From: a virus
Lineage: Duplodnaviria > Caudoviricetes
Reading direction: 5' to 3' (one strand)
IMG/VR virus record: IMGVR_UViG_3300046051_000007
Span: 1-41,321 of that record
Length of the DNA stretch: 41,321 nucleotides
Within the stretch, counting starts at the first letter, position 1. Every line of letters starts with the position of its first letter. Position numbers and translations under genes: made by a program. Under the pieces are notes generated by a model. The model did no database searches, was not told where the DNA came from, and saw nothing but the letters and a program-made list of their open reading frames with translations. Of the stretch, positions 1-8,452 are shown piece by piece.

Positions 1-560
1 CGCTCTTGGACCTCTTCGGCCAAGAGCGGTCACTGGGTAAGGTTGTGGACACAACAGACTCAGACAAAACAGACGAAGATGTGGGTATGGGGGACTCCGT
101 TGACGCTGAGGTTGTTGAGAACTCCCCCAACCCCGATCCACAACGACATCCCCCGGACATCCCCGCGGACACTGACGGGGATCCACTGGATGAGCTTGGC
201 GAGGAGTTGGGGACTGACCCGTTGAGCATCCTCCCAAGTCACATGATTGACAATATCCAAGGGGAGCCTGCAATCAACAAACGTGGGTATGCAATGATCG
301 CAGAACGGTATGGTGTCTCGGTTAGAGCAGAGATCGAGACATATCCGTGGCAGAACTCTGACAATCGCTGTGTGGCCAAAGCAGTGGCCACAACCGAGGA
401 CGATAAGGAGTACCGAGACTATGCAACCGCGTGCACTGAGGACGGGGACATGGATAACCAGATCGTCGAGTTGGCATCAACACGGGCGCTCAAGCGCGTG
501 ACTGGCTGGGCGACGGGGTTGGGAATAGTCAGTTATCAAGAACTAAGTGATGAATTATGA
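1..560 (+). CDS. Single-strand annealing/recombinase-like protein (Rad52/Sak-like), 3' part; 5' part is at 41159..41321
   Basis: C-terminal domain INKRGY..IAERYGV...CVAKAVA...ELASTRALKRV..ATGLG resembles phage SSAPs. The frame is open from position 3 and continues the ORF at the window end. Confidence 0.55.
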   Translation, partial: LLDLFGQERSLGKVVDTTDSDKTDEDVGMGDSVDAEVVENSPNPDPQRHPPDIPADTDGDPLDELGEELGTDPLSILPSHMIDNIQGEPAINKRGYAMIAERYGVSVRAEIETYPWQNSDNRCVAKAVATTEDDKEYRDYATACTEDGDMDNQIVELASTRALKRVTGWATGLGIVSYQELSDEL

Positions 561-793
561 GTAACACAGAACCCTACACAAATCTGGCAGCGAGGGCACA
601 GGCAAAGGGGAGAGCCGAAGAGATCGCAGAACACATCAAGGAATCAGAGAAAGAAGAACTGCAACGCGAGGATTACCCCATCGAGGAGTATCCATATACA
701 TGGCTTGTGGTCACGCGCACAGCTGTCACAGTTGACTATCTTGAGTCAGTGTACCATGACGAGCAAAACATTGCCATCAAGTTGAAGGGGTGA
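557..793 (+). CDS. Hypothetical acidic protein
   Basis: ATGA overlap with upstream gene; acidic composition. Confidence 0.7.
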   Translation: MSNTEPYTNLAARAQAKGRAEEIAEHIKESEKEELQREDYPIEEYPYTWLVVTRTAVTVDYLESVYHDEQNIAIKLKG

Positions 794-798
794 TTACA

Positions 799-894
799 AT
801 GCATTATATTGTTGCCATCAGTCTATGGATGTTATTGGCACTGGGTACGTGGGCTATCGTCATCCTGGCAATAGAGGCCGCAATGAGACCATGA
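799..894 (+). CDS. Small single-TM peptide (MHYIVAISLWMLLALGTWAIVILAIEAAMRP)
   Basis: Read manually; fills the gap and ends in an ATGA overlap with the next gene. Confidence 0.5.
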   Translation: MHYIVAISLWMLLALGTWAIVILAIEAAMRP

Positions 895-1262
895 CCAGTA
901 AATACAGCGTTGGGTCGCGAATGCAGTGGGGGCATGAGCATGATGTCATCCTATCGGATCATGCAGTGTTTGATAGATGGGATGGCCGGATGCCCAACGA
1001 TTCGGTTAGTCCAGAGTTTGCATGGGAGCACAGTGTTGATGTCTCGGAGGTGTCGCATATACTAAACTACAACGAGGAGCACAAACACAATTCAGCGCGC
1101 GTCTATGAAGGAGATGGTTATGTGGCTGTGTTCCTCATCGTCGAAGAATCAAGTGGCTTAGACACAGTCCTGACGGTACTCAACAGTGAGCAACTTGATG
1201 AAAAGGCAACACGTGAATACCTGAAATGGGCAGCCCGGGGGGAGAGTTATGACTGGGAATGA
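891..1262 (+). CDS. Hypothetical protein, possibly RelE/BrnT-like fold
   Basis: LSDHA..RW..R N-terminal motif and terminal LTVL strand; start chosen at the ATGA overlap. Confidence 0.5.
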   Translation: MTSKYSVGSRMQWGHEHDVILSDHAVFDRWDGRMPNDSVSPEFAWEHSVDVSEVSHILNYNEEHKHNSARVYEGDGYVAVFLIVEESSGLDTVLTVLNSEQLDEKATREYLKWAARGESYDWE

Positions 1263-1512
1263 TGAGTCTCCGGACAGCACTGCCCGTGCCAAGATATGGT
1301 ACTGGCTCAGACAGTACTGCAGAGATGTGGTCGATGTGTGGACTAGGATAGATGTCTGGTTAGCCCTCATTGTAGTGGGGACGATGGCATATATTACAGC
1401 CGGCATGTGGACTTGGTCTGTGGCGATATATCTCATATTTGCCAGCCCCTCCGTTATTTTTTTCACCGCTGCCGTATTGAGACTCATCGGCTGGATTGAG
1501 GATGTTAACTGA
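1249..1512 (+). CDS. Membrane protein (2 TM)
   Basis: Two hydrophobic segments; overlaps upstream stop. Confidence 0.65.
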   Translation: MTGNDESPDSTARAKIWYWLRQYCRDVVDVWTRIDVWLALIVVGTMAYITAGMWTWSVAIYLIFASPSVIFFTAAVLRLIGWIEDVN

Positions 1513-1513
1513 T

Positions 1514-1550
1514 CAACACACATGGAGGATGACAATGACCGATAACGATA
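1514..1550 (+). repeat. 37-bp direct repeat copy 1 (SD GGAGG + start + MTDND)
   Basis: CAACACACATGGAGGATGACAATGACCGATAACGATA is identical to 4804..4840. Confidence 0.95.
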
Positions 1551-1936
1551 CGGACGATATTGACCGGTACGAGTACGAAGGACAGCGAAACATCGACGAT
1601 AAACACGCTCGTCGAGCACGCGATCTGGCCCGGGACGGTATCTGGTCCGAGGCCAGGACAGAGGCTGGCAAAATCCAGCACTATCAGCGGTCTACCGACC
1701 TGCTTGATGAGCTACGAAGAGATCGGCGACGGCGCGCGCGTACCGACGGCGGAACGGACACGAGCGGTACCCTGCGATTTACGTCGGCCGGAGACCTCGC
1801 CGTTGGACTGTTCGATCGGGCGCTGGAACCGGGGGATACGGGGGCTTTTCGGCTCAAACTCGCTATTCTATGTGCTATGGTTGCCCGTCGGCAGTTGCGG
1901 GATGCGCAAACGGATGCTGCACAGGGTGATCACTAA
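1535..1936 (+). CDS. Hypothetical protein, GC-rich, internal TDGG motif
   Basis: GGAGG 6 nt before ATG 1535; TAATG overlap with next gene. Confidence 0.7.
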   Translation: MTDNDTDDIDRYEYEGQRNIDDKHARRARDLARDGIWSEARTEAGKIQHYQRSTDLLDELRRDRRRRARTDGGTDTSGTLRFTSAGDLAVGLFDRALEPGDTGAFRLKLAILCAMVARRQLRDAQTDAAQGDH

Positions 1937-2145
1937 TGTTAATATCATTATTCCGACGGTACAAAAAGCCAGACAAATGTTGTGTTTGTCGCAAGTCAAT
2001 CCGGGAGGGACAGACGGGAGTAGAGCACGGTGATGGCCTAGCCCATGGTAGTTGTGCAGGCTTTGCCACAGTGATGAGATTATATGGAGTCAGCGAATTT
2101 GAAATCACCCGGAAGAGCACGCAACAACGCTCAATGTGTGATTAG
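1936..2145 (+). CDS. Small Zn-finger protein (CxxC...HxxC)
   Basis: CCVCRK...HGSC. Confidence 0.6.
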   Translation: MLISLFRRYKKPDKCCVCRKSIREGQTGVEHGDGLAHGSCAGFATVMRLYGVSEFEITRKSTQQRSMCD

Positions 2146-2204
2146 ACTGGGGGGTTAACTGATATAATTGCTTCAACCCGTCTTTGCACAACCCACACAA
2201 AACA

Positions 2205-2252
2205 CCAAACCTTTATTACCCTGTACCACATACTATGTAGTGTAGAAGAACA
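2205..2252 (+). promoter_or_regulatory. Archaeal promoter (TTTATTA box)
   Basis: AT-rich box at 2212 in an intergenic gap, about 34 nt before ATG 2253. Confidence 0.55.
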
Positions 2253-2372
2253 ATGCAAGGGAAAATTGCCTGTTCGAACTGTGGAACGGAGTTCGGGAAC
2301 GATGCCGGGGCGATCGGGGGCAAGTGCCCAGCGTGTAAAAACGGCGCAATCAAATGTATGGAGGGGGGATAG
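2253..2372 (+). CDS. Zn-finger micro-protein (39 aa, CSNCG...CPAC)
   Basis: Manual translation MQGKIACSNCGTEFGNDAGAIGGKCPACKNGAIKCMEGG. Confidence 0.7.
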   Translation: MQGKIACSNCGTEFGNDAGAIGGKCPACKNGAIKCMEGG

Positions 2373-2552
2373 ATGCCTGACATTCATTCCCCCGACGTTG
2401 GCGAAATGCGCGAGTGTCTCAATGCGGGTTGTGACGACTCCGCCGCCGTCGCTGCTGTCTGCGACACGGGGCAAGTCAAACACTACTGCAATAAACACGG
2501 CTACGGTCGTCGAGCGGGTCACGCACTGGTTGAGGAGTGGCAAGGTCTATGA
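2373..2552 (+). CDS. Small Cys/His protein (59 aa)
   Basis: Manual translation with CLNAGC...YCNKH; abuts the upstream stop and has an ATGA overlap downstream. Confidence 0.65.
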   Translation: MPDIHSPDVGEMRECLNAGCDDSAAVAAVCDTGQVKHYCNKHGYGRRAGHALVEEWQGL

Positions 2553-2854
2553 CGGGGTGCGTCCACTGCGGGGCGGTCGAGGACGAAGAACATGGGATCG
2601 TGGTTGGTCTGTCCGAGGATATCGGCGAGTGTGTCTGCAACGTCTGCCTGTGGCAAGATCTCGCCAAACACACTTCTCTGTCCCCCCGTGAGGTACAAGT
2701 TGGGGCTATCAAAAAGCTCACTGGGGCGTCCCACAGTCGGATTGCGGGGATTATGGATATAGATAAAAGTACAGTGGACGAGTATAGCCGACGGATCAAA
2801 AACAAGGCCAAAAAAGCCGCGGTCGCTGCAGACAAATTGGAAGGATTTAATTAA
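2549..2854 (+). CDS. Zn-finger + LuxR/sigma70-r4-like HTH regulator
   Basis: CVHC..CNVC, then LSPREVQV...SHSRIAGIMDIDKSTVDEYSRRIK. Confidence 0.75.
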   Translation: MTGCVHCGAVEDEEHGIVVGLSEDIGECVCNVCLWQDLAKHTSLSPREVQVGAIKKLTGASHSRIAGIMDIDKSTVDEYSRRIKNKAKKAAVAADKLEGFN

Positions 2855-2858
2855 CGCA

Positions 2859-3236
2859 ATGAAAGAAATGACAATCGAATACGAAACGGTAGAACAGGAG
2901 AAAGAAGTGATATACTGCGATGGATGTGGCACTGTGTGCACAGACGACCACAACATCGTGTCCCGGTACAGGTGCGGGGGATGTCACAGCGATAGTGAGC
3001 CGACTTATACCTCAGTGCAAAATATGCGAGAGCGACTTGCAGAGATGGACGAGCACGATGTTCCAACAATAGATTATATTGATATTTTAGCATGCGTACT
3101 TATATTTCCTTCATTTTTAATTGGCGGAACAATACACCTCCGAGATCAAATAGATTTCGGTGTCATTGCCGGGTTTCTAGGCGCGCTACTGTGGATTGTT
3201 ATGCCCATCTTATATTACTTTTTGGTGTTGACATGA
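2859..3236 (+). CDS. Zn-finger protein with 2 C-terminal TM helices
   Basis: CDGC...CGGC plus hydrophobic C-terminus. Confidence 0.7.
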   Translation: MKEMTIEYETVEQEKEVIYCDGCGTVCTDDHNIVSRYRCGGCHSDSEPTYTSVQNMRERLAEMDEHDVPTIDYIDILACVLIFPSFLIGGTIHLRDQIDFGVIAGFLGALLWIVMPILYYFLVLT

Positions 3237-3309
3237 TTAACTGCCGCAAATGTCGGTCGATGAGGGTCTGGGTGCGTCCCCGTCCGACGAGTGGGAGAGC
3301 AGGTGATGG

Positions 3310-3656
3310 ATGATGTCTTATCACAAAAAACACATAGACGATACCGTCGAGATTGAGGGATATGAGTTTAGACTTAGCGTGGTGAGTAAATCCGGGGAGC
3401 CACCAATACGTTTAGCTTCTATTTTTTATAACCTCGACAGTCACGAAACGCCCTTAAATAATGAGTTTCCAAACGGGGCGAAAATGGTAATGAAAACAAC
3501 CGAGCCGTTGAAAGTAAAAGAAAGAACCGGGCTGATCCGCCGGGGGGGCTGCCTGTTGACGATCCGGCGGGCCCTGAGGACATGGCAGCAAAATTATGTC
3601 GAGTGATGGAGAGGGAGATCAAACAAACACAAGGCACCGAATTCGAGTGGAAATAA
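3310..3656 (+). CDS. Hypothetical protein, apparently frameshifted at a G7 run (3542..3548)
   Basis: The zero frame ends at 3606 with a basic tail; the -1 frame gives acidic GLPVDDPAGPEDM...EFEWK* ending at 3656. Confidence 0.5.
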
Positions 3657-3657
3657 C

Positions 3658-3695
3658 GGCCACTAACTATAAGTGAGTGTAGTACGTATGTAGTA
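3658..3695 (+). promoter_or_regulatory. Repeated promoter copy A (TATAAG; leaderless start at 3698)
   Basis: GGCCACTAACTATAAGTGAGTGTAGTACGTATGTAGTA is near-identical to 4703..4740; ATG lies 24 nt after TATAAG. Confidence 0.8.
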
Positions 3696-3697
3696 AC

Positions 3698-3940
3698 ATG
3701 GCACAAGAGCCTAACCACATCGATAATCTCGAACTAGAAGAGGGCGACGAACTGCACTTTGAGGGCGGTTGCGAATGGCAGATCGTGGGGTTTGAACACG
3801 ACGAAGACATGGTTGACGTGCGCCGTCTCAGTGACGGCATCTCCGACTCGTGGCCAGGCAAGAGCATCCAGGCAGCGCTCATCCACGGAGAGTGCAAAAC
3901 ACCCGATGGTGAGGGGCAAGAGCTTGTGAAGCACTTCTGA
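3698..3940 (+). CDS. Hypothetical acidic protein
   Basis: Directly downstream of promoter copy A. Confidence 0.75.
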   Translation: MAQEPNHIDNLELEEGDELHFEGGCEWQIVGFEHDEDMVDVRRLSDGISDSWPGKSIQAALIHGECKTPDGEGQELVKHF

Positions 3941-4015
3941 TAGCGACTATGACAGACAGCATTACCCATTACGTGAGCGGATTAGGCATTAATAATGACA
4001 ATTGGGGGTATACCG

Positions 4016-4336
4016 ATGAGCTATAACGATAGTGGAGAGAGTGACCTAGGGGATGGCAAAGAGACTGACCAAACAACCTACGGTTGTGGACACTGTGGTC
4101 AACGATTTACAGACATGCAGGCAATGCAAGAGCATGTAAAGCAGTGCGATGTGATCGCTTGTTTGGCGTGTGACACAGAGTTTGATAATCGCAAGGCAAA
4201 GTCAGAGCACCACTGCAAAGTGCTGGCTGAGCAAGACACTAGCGATCCAGAGGCAGAGTGGAGGGAAGAACAACGACGACAAAAACGGTATAGGGCGTTT
4301 AGACTCCGGCAGTTAAGGGATGGTAAACGGTTTTAG
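4016..4336 (+). CDS. C2H2-type Zn-finger protein
   Basis: YGCGHCGQRF......EH and CLAC.......EHHC. Confidence 0.7.
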   Translation: MSYNDSGESDLGDGKETDQTTYGCGHCGQRFTDMQAMQEHVKQCDVIACLACDTEFDNRKAKSEHHCKVLAEQDTSDPEAEWREEQRRQKRYRAFRLRQLRDGKRF

Positions 4337-4341
4337 CAAAC

Positions 4342-4536
4342 ATGATATGTGACAACTGTCATAGGAAGGGAGTAGAGTTGATAGAACATGATGTGTTTAT
4401 AAAAGAAAGACGGTTTAGGGAATATTGGGAGTGTGTAGGATGTGGGACCACAGGAGTTGTGCATGGGCATGTAAACGAGTCTAGAAGTCAACACACACGG
4501 ATCGGGGTATGTACCCCTTGTGACAAAGATGAGTAA
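4342..4536 (+). CDS. Zn-ribbon micro-protein
   Basis: CDNC...EYWECVGCGTTG. Confidence 0.7.
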   Translation: MICDNCHRKGVELIEHDVFIKERRFREYWECVGCGTTGVVHGHVNESRSQHTRIGVCTPCDKDE

Positions 4537-4717
4537 TGACAGAGCAACCATTAAGGTCAGCCGTGACACGTTTGAGTATCATAACCGGCAGCGGATTGAG
4601 ACGGGTCTGACATGGGATCAATATCTCAATCAAGAACTCAATAACAAAGAGACAATCCGCAAAGCCGTCCGTGAAGAGGTCAGGGCTGCCCTGCAGGATC
4701 TAGGCCACCAACTATAA
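4529..4717 (+). CDS. RHH/antitoxin-like small DNA-binding protein
   Basis: ATIKVSRDTFEYHN..R...GLTWDQYL; paralog of 29235..29537. Confidence 0.6.
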   Translation: MSNDRATIKVSRDTFEYHNRQRIETGLTWDQYLNQELNNKETIRKAVREEVRAALQDLGHQL

Positions 4718-4740
4718 GTGGGTGTAGTACGTATGTAGTA
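4696..4740 (+). promoter_or_regulatory. Repeated promoter copy B
   Basis: GGATCTAGGCCACCAACTATAAGTGGGTGTAGTACGTATGTAGTA; 40/42 identical to the reverse complement of 39802..39843. Confidence 0.8.
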
Positions 4741-4803
4741 CTAGAGGGAGATGGGGAATAATGTCCAAGGATAATGATAGCTGCTCTGACGGTAGCGGTC
4801 GAC

Positions 4804-4840
4804 CAACACACATGGAGGATGACAATGACCGATAACGATA
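4804..4840 (+). repeat. 37-bp direct repeat copy 2
   Basis: Identical to 1514..1550. Confidence 0.95.
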
Positions 4841-5583
4841 GTAACGGTACTGACCGAATATGCTTAGATCTGTTCGCCGGGCTCGGCGGTCGTCGGGATA
4901 TTGAGGACGGGTTTGGCACGGCATTCCAAGCTGCTAGCGGGTGGGAAGTCGTCACCGTCGACATCCAAGAGCGCTTCGAGCCGGACGTCTGCGCTGACGT
5001 GATGGGCCTTCGGCCAGAGGACCTCCCTGACGCGGATGTCATCTTGGCTGCGCCGCCCTGCACGCACTTCTCAATGGCAAACCAGCCAAATCCGCACTGG
5101 GACGGCGACGTTCCTGATTCAGACGACGTTCGCGAGCACATCGCGCTGACATTCCATACGATCGGTCTCATCCACACAATCTCCCCGGATTACTGGTTCC
5201 TCGAAAATCCTCGCCAAGGGAAGATGGACGTGATTCTCGGTCGGCCGGCCGGCCACGTGACGTACTGTCAGTACGGCCTTGAGTGGCAAAAACCGACGGA
5301 TCTCTGGGGGAAACACCCATCGATGGAGTACCGCAGATGCCCCCCCGGATCGGACTGTCACCAGCGTTCCGAAGGCGGCTGGGATACGGGAGAGATCCGA
5401 AAGAACATCAGAGACCCAGCGGAGCGGTCACTCGTCCCGGGGGGACTATCCAAGTCGATTCTCGAAGCCGTTGAACGGGAGTACTCGAACCCACGACCCG
5501 AACAAACGACTTTGACTTCATCCATCGGAGGGGGTGACGGCCGTTCAACAAACCGTCCCGAATCAGGTGATGGGGGTGTCTGA
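4825..5583 (+). CDS. DNA cytosine-5 methyltransferase (short phage type)
   Basis: Motif I LDLFAGLGG, motif IV AAPPC, motif VI FLENP. Confidence 0.85.
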   Translation: MTDNDSNGTDRICLDLFAGLGGRRDIEDGFGTAFQAASGWEVVTVDIQERFEPDVCADVMGLRPEDLPDADVILAAPPCTHFSMANQPNPHWDGDVPDSDDVREHIALTFHTIGLIHTISPDYWFLENPRQGKMDVILGRPAGHVTYCQYGLEWQKPTDLWGKHPSMEYRRCPPGSDCHQRSEGGWDTGEIRKNIRDPAERSLVPGGLSKSILEAVEREYSNPRPEQTTLTSSIGGGDGRSTNRPESGDGGV

Positions 5584-5656
5584 GGACGGCAGGTCCCAAC
5601 AACACTTGGAGAAGGTCGGTTTGACTGACAGTCATGTCCACAGGAGATACACAATC

Positions 5657-6130
5657 ATGAGTCCCGTAGAGCAACGTGAGCGTGAGGAGAAAATCCTATC
5701 AGTAAACCAGAGTGAATGTACAGAGTGTCAAAGTTGCACACGGACGTTTGACACACCGGGGGGGATGCGTTGGCATCATCGTCTTACCCATAATGCAAAA
5801 ATAGTCTATCGTAGTAAATGTAAGAATCCAGAGTGTGCCCAAGTCGCCTATCTTGATTCTGTGGAAGTACAGATAATCGACACAGAGTATTGTTCTACCT
5901 CCTGCCGTGAAGATCATAACCCGACCACAGGGTCACAACCAGGTCACAAAGAGTCAACAAACCCGATCGTTCTTGTCAACGCAACACAGGGACTTGATGA
6001 TGGCAAGTATCACACAGATCTCAAGTGTGGATATATCAAAGCCTCCAGTTGGGTACGTGAACGTGTCGTTGTGGATCAACATGGATTCGACGAGTGTGAA
6101 AACTGTAAGCGACTAAGGACAAATGACTAA
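5657..6130 (+). CDS. Multi Zn-finger protein
   Basis: CQSC..F......HHRLTH, CKNPEC, YCSTSC, YHTDLKC...CENC; AGGAG before the ATG. Confidence 0.7.
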   Translation: MSPVEQREREEKILSVNQSECTECQSCTRTFDTPGGMRWHHRLTHNAKIVYRSKCKNPECAQVAYLDSVEVQIIDTEYCSTSCREDHNPTTGSQPGHKESTNPIVLVNATQGLDDGKYHTDLKCGYIKASSWVRERVVVDQHGFDECENCKRLRTND

Positions 6131-6239
6131 CCAGGGTAATCAGATCAGTGACTGCAAGTACGACTGGTGTGGTGAGATAATCAAGGATGGGACAGTGTGG
6201 AGGATTAACCTGTGCGAAAAGTGCCAACCGGATCTATAG
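6123..6239 (+). CDS. Cys-rich micro-protein (38 aa)
   Basis: Manual translation with CKYDWCG...CEKC; overlaps upstream stop. Confidence 0.5.
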   Translation: MTNQGNQISDCKYDWCGEIIKDGTVWRINLCEKCQPDL

Positions 6240-6339
6240 ACCATACCCATGATGATGGATGTTGTATGCACTGTACCATCCATATAGTTGCCACTATTCA
6301 GTATAGTAGCACAGTACAAAACTGAAAAGGAGTCTTTTA

Positions 6340-6552
6340 CTACCGGTCGGCAGCCTGTTGCTGTTTTGCAAGCTGATTCAATTGTGCTTCGACCGAATCC
6401 AAATACTCCCCGAACAACTGACTCATGGCCGAATCCATCACCTCGGCATCAAATTGCTGGCATAACTCGTGGTAATGGACCTCATCGCTGGCGTCAATAT
6501 CCTTGATTGTCATCTCTCCATCCAGCTCCTCTTGAAGTGCCTCAAAATCCAT
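6340..6552 (-). CDS. Hypothetical acidic protein, last gene of the late operon
   Basis: Acidic helical ORF; start uncertain (6552 or 6576). Confidence 0.6.
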   Translation of the reverse strand: MDFEALQEELDGEMTIKDIDASDEVHYHELCQQFDAEVMDSAMSQLFGEYLDSVEAQLNQLAKQQQAADR

Positions 6553-6582
6553 ATCTATAATAGTGCCTGTGCCCACAAATGC

Positions 6583-6834
6583 CTATTGCTTTGTTTTGGG
6601 CCGGTAGAGCCCAATTCCTAACCAGATGAACATATTAAGAATGCAGATAATCATTGTTGCCCATAACTCTAATGTGGCAAATGCTATGATGCTTGGGATG
6701 TAGAGGATAGCATTGGGGAGGCTGGCCCATCTGGACCACTCTGTCTCTGTGTCAAAGAGTGCATACCCCTTGGAGACCAAGCCAACCATAGAGCCAAGAG
6801 CAATGACTACATCTTGCCATATCACATCAATCAT
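6583..6834 (-). CDS. Membrane protein (3 TM)
   Basis: Three hydrophobic segments. Confidence 0.7.
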   Translation of the reverse strand: MIDVIWQDVVIALGSMVGLVSKGYALFDTETEWSRWASLPNAILYIPSIIAFATLELWATMIICILNMFIWLGIGLYRPKTKQ

Positions 6835-6928
6835 GACAAATACTATTCATTGAGATAACGTCCTAAGTCGGGTTGTGCCTAACGTTTGTTTTGTGTTGTG
6901 GATTGTGGACAACCGTTTCGCACCCCCA

Positions 6929-8449
6929 TCACGGTTCAATTGCCAGCCAACCAACATGGTCTATTGTACGTGAGGATGAAGCAGAATTGCGGACAACCGA
7001 ATCAAAACCTGTTGTTGACACATCTTTTACCTGAGAGTCGTCAGTAGACGACACAGATCCCGTTGCGCCGAGTTCGTGGACGACTATTGGAGGTGAAGAA
7101 TAGGTTTTGTTAAATGTAACACTAATGACTGAGGTTGAGTCTGCTGCCACATCACCGTGGTCAACCAATCCAGAGTCAGTAATTTTTATACTATCTGCGG
7201 TCATCGACCCCCACGACTTGCTACTCGTGCCCAGACTGCCGGTGCCGTCCACGTCAGGGATGACATTATTTGCAGGGATCACGTCGCCGTTGGGGATCTC
7301 AATATTACCTCCAGGAACAGCTTTGAAAACGTGATTATTACCATCAAACAGATAATACTTGTCTGAATCTCCTCTATCAACCCCCGTAATCCATAGATCA
7401 GTTGCCCCTTCGTCTCTGAATTTGGTTTGAGGATCATCAGTTGAAGTTGGTGCATCAACATAGAATTTTTCGCCATCAACAATCACGAAACTCGACGAGA
7501 AAGTTGTGTTTGCGTTAATATCGAGGGTTCCGGGGAGGCTTGCACTCGTTGAGTATTCGAGTGCGGTCGACGAGGCTTGCCTATCGTAGAATTGAATGGG
7601 TTGTCCACTATACCCCCGCAAACGGGTATGGACTGCATCTTTAGCATCAAACGCTGTATCCCCAGAGTCGTCAGCCACCGCTGTCGCCCCCGAACCCAGC
7701 GAGAGCCTTGTAGTGCCTGTTCCATCCTCGATAGATTGATTTGTTGCGAGCCGGAGGTCATTCCCGTCTCCGGTGAGGTCAAGATGATTTTGTGTTGAGT
7801 CGGTCAGTGAATTACCGGAGAGGTCAGTATCCCCTCCAGAGACAGTCAACGAACCTTGTAGTGTGGTGTTCTGACCCCCGTCGAACTGGATTGCAGCAGA
7901 TCCATTGTCTTGGATACTGTCACTATTCTTGAAATTGAGCGGGGCACCGACATCAATACCCCCACTACCGGGTTGTATGAGGGATGTGACACTCTTGGCG
8001 ATTGCCCGCCAGTTGTAGATATCGCTGCTTGAGATACTACTCGCCCCCTCTACAACCTTGATACGGGCCAGATAGATGTCATCAGCGTTCCGGTCGGGGG
8101 GTTCTGGGGCCTGGGTTACGTTCCCATCGCTATCCGTCGTGACGGTCTTTGGAGTACCCTTGCGGACCTTACGTGTTTGGTCTGATGTGTCAAACACGAC
8201 AATATCCCAGCGATCATCAGAGCCGCCCGAATCAAGTGTAAGGGTTGTGCTTGACCCTTTGGAGTATGTATTTTGCCCCTTTCGTGCAGTGCCTGCAGCA
8301 ACGGTTATATCAAGTCCAGTGGCGTGTGTGACCTCAAAATCTCCTGTGCTCTCGATACCCCGATCGCCGAGTGCATCCGAGACAGCCCTCCAATCTGTGT
8401 CAAACAGTGCGGAAAACTGTGGGAATGCAAGATCTGGTCCTGTGCTCAT
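6929..8449 (-). CDS. Tail fibre / receptor-binding protein
   Basis: N-terminal ITVAAGTA...RWDIVV attachment domain, Gly/Ser/Thr/Asp-rich beta repeats, C-terminal VTFNKTYSSPPIV...GF...WLAI (H-type lectin/gp53-like). Confidence 0.8.
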   Translation of the reverse strand: MSTGPDLAFPQFSALFDTDWRAVSDALGDRGIESTGDFEVTHATGLDITVAAGTARKGQNTYSKGSSTTLTLDSGGSDDRWDIVVFDTSDQTRKVRKGTPKTVTTDSDGNVTQAPEPPDRNADDIYLARIKVVEGASSISSSDIYNWRAIAKSVTSLIQPGSGGIDVGAPLNFKNSDSIQDNGSAAIQFDGGQNTTLQGSLTVSGGDTDLSGNSLTDSTQNHLDLTGDGNDLRLATNQSIEDGTGTTRLSLGSGATAVADDSGDTAFDAKDAVHTRLRGYSGQPIQFYDRQASSTALEYSTSASLPGTLDINANTTFSSSFVIVDGEKFYVDAPTSTDDPQTKFRDEGATDLWITGVDRGDSDKYYLFDGNNHVFKAVPGGNIEIPNGDVIPANNVIPDVDGTGSLGTSSKSWGSMTADSIKITDSGLVDHGDVAADSTSVISVTFNKTYSSPPIVVHELGATGSVSSTDDSQVKDVSTTGFDSVVRNSASSSRTIDHVGWLAIEP

Positions 8450-8452
8450 GGT

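Noticed and set aside
6929-8449. Diversity-generating retroelement or invertase-shuffled tail fibre
   Set aside because: No reverse transcriptase or invertase, and no duplicated template region seen
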